NCBI GenBank assembly: GCA_964247055.1
Contig: OZ176050.1
Coordinates: 12,896,001 to 12,960,000, forward strand
DNA length: 64,000 nt
From: Paragordius varius
Taxonomy: Eukaryota > Animalia > Nematomorpha
Direction of reading: 5' to 3'
The translations under genes and the position numbers were made by a program. The notes beneath the pieces were generated by a model. The model was not told the origin of the DNA, did no database searches, and saw nothing but the letters and a program-made list of their open reading frames with translations. This document shows, one piece after another, positions 59,801 to 64,000 of this stretch. The first letter of the stretch is position 1. Each line of letters begins with the position of its first letter.

Positions 59801-62800
59801 GACAATTTTATTCTATTGTTTCATTTTCTTTACCTGTCCAATATATTTTATTGACGCATAGTTATCATTTTAAATAACATAATTTGTTTTTTGCCATTTT
59901 ATGTAGTAAAACTGTAAAATATCTTTTAAAAATGGCTCCATATGCTAATTCATACTTTAAGAGATTTCATTATAAAAATATGTAAAGTTAATCGACAAAA
60001 ATATTGTTAACAACAAAAATATTTGTGATTGAATTAATTTATTTGATATTATATATTATAGTACTACACTGAGCCCGGAAAATCCAATTCTTCCTATCCA
60101 TACCTCACCCTTTAACATTGTTTCAAACAATGAATACAATCATAAAAATGAAAATACGAATGTTATGGGAAATAATGAAACATGTATTTATGAGCGGAAC
60201 AAATCATTATCAGATCCTACATCTTGCACGTATAATTTGCCTTTTATGCATGAAAACACTTCAACGTTGGAACCTTTACAAAACCCAACTACTTTGTATT
60301 CTAGATCAACATTCAATTATCATCAAGAACAGCCAACGCATAGTTTACCTGGTATATATATTTTAAATTTCTGTTAAAATATAGCGGTGTTTTAGCCTAT
60401 GTTTGCTCTGCAATATGTATAAAGCGCTTTTTGATCATTATATGTATACGTTTAGGGCAGGGGTGTCCAACGCAAATGGCTGCGTGGGCCGCATATTCAA
60501 CCTAAAAAAAATCTGACTGGCCTCATTTCAAATATACATATGCAGGAATTTATAAATATTTTGTTTCATTAAAAATGTAAAACTGTAAAATGCAAACAGA
60601 AAACAATGTTTTTTTCTTGTTCGTTTTGACAATTTAATGACTTTTTTAAAAAAAATTTTTGCAAATCAATTTTACTGCCAATTGGAAAATTTTGAAATTC
60701 CATTTTTTTCGCGTGGGCCGCACATAAAGTCTTGAATTGTCGCATGTTGGCTACCCCTGGTTTAGAGTATCTAAGTCATACAAATTTTACACCAAAATTT
60801 TTCTTAAAAAATGTATTATTATGATTTATAAAAGAAATTTAGAGTTATATTATAAGTTTTTCATAAAAACTTATTAATTTATTAACGTTTTTTAGGCCCA
60901 TGTTATGACAATGACGGACTATTATCCTATTTAACTGGTGGTAACCGTGATGGTGAAAATAATATTATAAGAGACGATATGAATACTTATATTCCTCAAT
61001 ATTCCAACACTAATTTTGGTTTTGGAATTATTAACCATAATACTAGTATTAATCACAATGATAATGTTAACAATGCATCAACGTACGACGCACCACATAA
61101 TGTGCCATCTTTTACCTACAATCAAACAAATCAAATGAATAATGATCATGCTACAGGTAAATTTGTGATTTAAATTTTATTAAACTATTAACATTTTTAA
61201 TTACAAAATTTATGCAAAAAATATGTCATATATTGTCAGCGATCATTCAACACTCTTGAACAATTTAAATTCACCCTTGACCAATTCAAATTCACCTTCG
61301 AACAATTTAAATTTACCCTAGTATAAATAATGTGTTTTTTAAGATTAAAAATAACCTATTTTTAATATTTTTAAAAAAAGAAATTTTGTATCTAATCAAA
61401 ATAATACTGAATAAATAATAAATATTGCCATAAAAAATTATTTGATTTTAATAATGAGTTATATTAGACCGAAATCTTATAATTCATTTGTAGGGTAAAT
61501 TTAATTGTTCGAGAATGAATTTGAATTGTTCAAGGGTGAATTTGAATTGTTCAATGGTGAATTTTAATTGCTTAGGGATCATTTTGAATTGTAAATGGTA
61601 TATTATTTATATAGGACTGCTACATGATACGAATCTTACGTTGGGAAACAATATTAATCCACAATATTATTATAACTATTCCTCCAACGGTATATCTATT
61701 ATACCTTATATTTATTTTATGCTGAGGTCGAATATGCCGCATAATTTCAACTTTTTTTTACAATTCAAAAATTTGAAAAGCTTTGATTTTTAACACCCAT
61801 AATATTTTCTTGATTTTGGTGATGATACGTTGATTTAAGTAGGGATATGTTACATACAATAAATACTAAGGTAAATTTGACCCATTTGTTTGATAAAAAA
61901 GGACTTTTTGATAATTTTAGATATGACAGCCATTTTTACAATAATTTATTTTATCCTACATTGATATACAAAACTTCCCATATAATAACAAATTCACTTC
62001 TTGTTCGATACAATGGCAGTTTCCGTTTCAATTAATAATAATCTAAAGTGAAAAAAAAAATTATTACCATTGTAACGAAAATTTTGGATACAGTTTAGTT
62101 TTAAATCAATTTTACGAGCGAATCCTATTTATTATTACATATACAGTATGAGTATGAATACTTTGCTAGAAATTTATTAATTATTGCCAAATAGTAAATA
62201 CAACAAAGGGAAGTATTATTGGCTTATAGTTATTTTTTTCGCTATTTACTATTATTAGCCAATAATACTGTCCTTTGTTGTATTTACTATTTGGCAATAA
62301 TTAATACCTTTTTAGCAATGTATACTTACTCATACTGTAATATTTGTTCTCGTTGAGGAGCATATTGTAAAAATATGTGATTTGGTAATAGAATCGTACG
62401 CCTCGATAGATAACAAACAATTTGCATCCAATAATGCATTTTACCATGAGTTAGGAACGCCCCAACATCCGTCTACAAGCTTTAATTTACAAACCCCATA
62501 TATGTCATATAACCAACATACATCTCACCTTCCCACTTATAGTTTAACAAATGAACAACAAAATATCCCTGATCCCAACCATATAAATTTACAACATCAT
62601 AGTAATGACATTTTGCCTGTTTTACCCCCAAATCCTTCATATTATACCAACAATGGTAAATTTTCACCAAGATTGATAATGTGTCGTTTTATAATACCCT
62701 TATATTTTGATTAAATAATTACCTGATAAAGGGTTAATCATATTTTTAATGCTCAAATTTTGACTAAATGAACACATCTCATGTATGAATGTTGTATATA

Positions 62801-62951
62801 CTAAAATTAAACAACATTTATTTTTTATTTAGAAAATAACATTATCGTTTCCTCGAGTTATTTGACAATCAGTCCTTCAAATATACAACTTTCTTCTAAT
62901 ATACAATCGGTCAGTCAAACCTCAAATTATTACTATGCGCCGCAATCATAG
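53862..62951 (+). CDS. ARNT: bHLH-PAS transcription factor ARNT/tango (HIF-1beta), 17 exons, ~889 aa
   Basis: Exons 53862-53881, 53907-53984, 54050-54207, 54298-54374, 54442-54534, 55306-55423, 56192-56547, 57456-57594, 57987-58280, 58608-58677, 59052-59158, 59617-59767, 60062-60351, 60896-61156, 61615-61689, 62392-62655, 62833-62951 (2670 nt, in frame). b[47 protein letters not shown]; [15 protein letters not shown]; [14 protein letters not shown]; [10 protein letters not shown]; FTFVDQR; FLNPYSE. Confidence 0.96.
55439..55728. mobile_element. MITE family B copy
   Basis: TA-CAGTTAAAACTGAAATCATACGGAC...GTCCGTATAATTTAATTTTTACTG-TA; 15 nt downstream of an ARNT donor site. Confidence 0.9.
55879..56170. 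mobile_element. MITE family C copy
   Basis: Same TIRs, TA flanks; ARNT intron. Confidence 0.85.
57104..57264. mobile_element. Palindromic MITE family A copy
   Basis: Hairpin homologous to 29202-29372, ending ATGCATACTG. Confidence 0.75.
60458..60759. mobile_element. hAT (Charlie-like) MITE with 8-bp TSD
   Basis: TIR CAGGGGTGTCCAAC / GTTGGCTACCCCTG; TSD GTTTAGGG / GTTTAGAG; subterminal GCGTGGGCCGCA motif twice; ARNT intron. Confidence 0.9.
61241..61598. mobile_element. MITE family C copy
   Basis: 3-4 21-bp units per arm, right end AAATGG-TA, left end eroded; ARNT intron. Confidence 0.85.
62144..62337. mobile_element. Near-perfect palindromic MITE (CAGTATG..CATACTG, TA TSD)
   Basis: ~85-bp arms around a short spacer, with TA at 62142-43 and 62338-39; ARNT intron. 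Confidence 0.9.
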
Positions 62952-63386
62952 TTTGTGCTATTATAAGGATGAAAAACTTAGCCAAATGCTCTTTTTATAT
63001 TTGGTTCATATCAGTAATCTTTAAAGCTAACAATATTTTCAGAATAAATTTTTGGTTCCCGCTTGCTACGTTACCCATTTTAATAAAACTCTAACGAAAT
63101 AAAGATCAATCACTTAATTGATATTACGCATTCTCTCTGTATAATATATATATATTTAAAATATTACACAACTCTAATATGTATTGTCAATTGTTTATTT
63201 TGTAAATGTCGATATAAATCAATTATATTTATATAAATAAATATGTTGCATGAAATCTCAAAATTTGCATGATTTATAAATGGTACATAAAATATATATG
63301 ACCAAACAAATAAATAACTAAGTAAAATAGCATATGTTCAAAAAAACTTATGTCATGATTGCATATTATAATAAAATTAATGTGTA

Positions 63387-63989
63387 TTACAAAGAAGAAT
63401 CAGTATTTGTTTCACCGGTAATACATTTGTTTTTATTAGATATATCTAGCGTTTTGCTAGCCTTTAATTTGTGATCTATATTTAATTCATTTAAATCATC
63501 AGGTTTAAATGTAGAATAATCATTATTATAGATGTGATTGTCCGGAAATTCCGATTCTTGTAAAATGCATTCTTGATCATCATTTGTATTGGTGTTAAAT
63601 TTGAACAATTTAAATTTAATGCAATATGATTTTATTTGAGCAGGATTAACATACAAACTATGCAAATAATTCCATAATTCAGTCGTTTTGAATCCATAAT
63701 AGGCAAGGTATATGACGAATGCTGTATAAACAAACACAATCACAGAGAGAAATACCATAAATATGGGATTACTTAGGCTACCAGATGAATGATATGATAA
63801 TATTAATTGCCCAACAAAATAATAATTTATGCCGAGTACAATGAGAGACAATAGTATTGCGGCACATTGGGTGAGCAAAGAATTGGTAAATCCCATTCCC
63901 ATAATCCCTACTGCTCCACTAAACGTGACAACAGGGATTAAGGCAAAGGGAAGTTGTATACTTTGCAGTGCATTCAAAATATCATTCAT
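63387..63989 (-). CDS. Hypothetical multi-pass membrane protein (3-4 TM segments, acidic C-terminal tail)
   Basis: 200-aa uninterrupted ORF in very AT-rich DNA with alternating hydrophobic segments. It may have upstream exons outside the window. Confidence 0.7.
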   Translation of the reverse strand: MNDILNALQSIQLPFALIPVVTFSGAVGIMGMGFTNSLLTQCAAILLSLIVLGINYYFVGQLILSYHSSGSLSNPIFMVFLSVIVFVYTAFVIYLAYYGFKTTELWNYLHSLYVNPAQIKSYCIKFKLFKFNTNTNDDQECILQESEFPDNHIYNNDYSTFKPDDLNELNIDHKLKASKTLDISNKNKCITGETNTDSSL

Positions 63990-64000
63990 GCGTGTAAGTG

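Noticed and set aside
61515-61793. ORFs beginning [10 protein letters not shown] or similar (also 6594-6806 and 44080-44286)
   Set aside because: Their N-termini are read-through of MITE family C 21-bp repeats. Only the embedded exon portions are real.

Overview
This is a very AT-rich eukaryotic window, almost certainly metazoan (ARNT, CAML and a monofunctional DHFR are present). Reading GT-AG junctions by hand, I assembled seven host genes: a DUF229 sulfatase/phosphatase-like protein (-), the TFIIH helicase XPB/ERCC3 (-), CAML/GET2 (+, head-to-head with XPB, ATGs 64 bp apart), a 22-exon, ~1375-aa aconitase/iron-regulatory protein (+), DHFR (-), ARNT/tango (+) and an orphan multi-pass membrane ORF (-). 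An eighth, tentative orphan gene lies at 43.8-45.7 kb. Mobile DNA comprises RTE-clade LINEs (one young copy with a TSD and a twin-priming 5' inversion), several TA-flanked MITE families, two hAT MITEs with 8-bp TSDs and long foldback elements. The main surprises are: (1) the IRP has IRP2 architecture, with a ~295-aa insert ending in a CPAH motif at the position of the vertebrate IRP2 insert, and it has lost two catalytic histidines; (2) 25-33-nt introns are confined to the 5' ends of five genes, while downstream introns are long; (3) two introns contain tandem copies of their own exon end plus donor site; (4) one MITE family sits repeatedly 15-46 nt from acceptor sites. Exon coordinates were derived by eye and need RNA-seq confirmation. 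No rRNA, tRNA or CRISPR array was seen.
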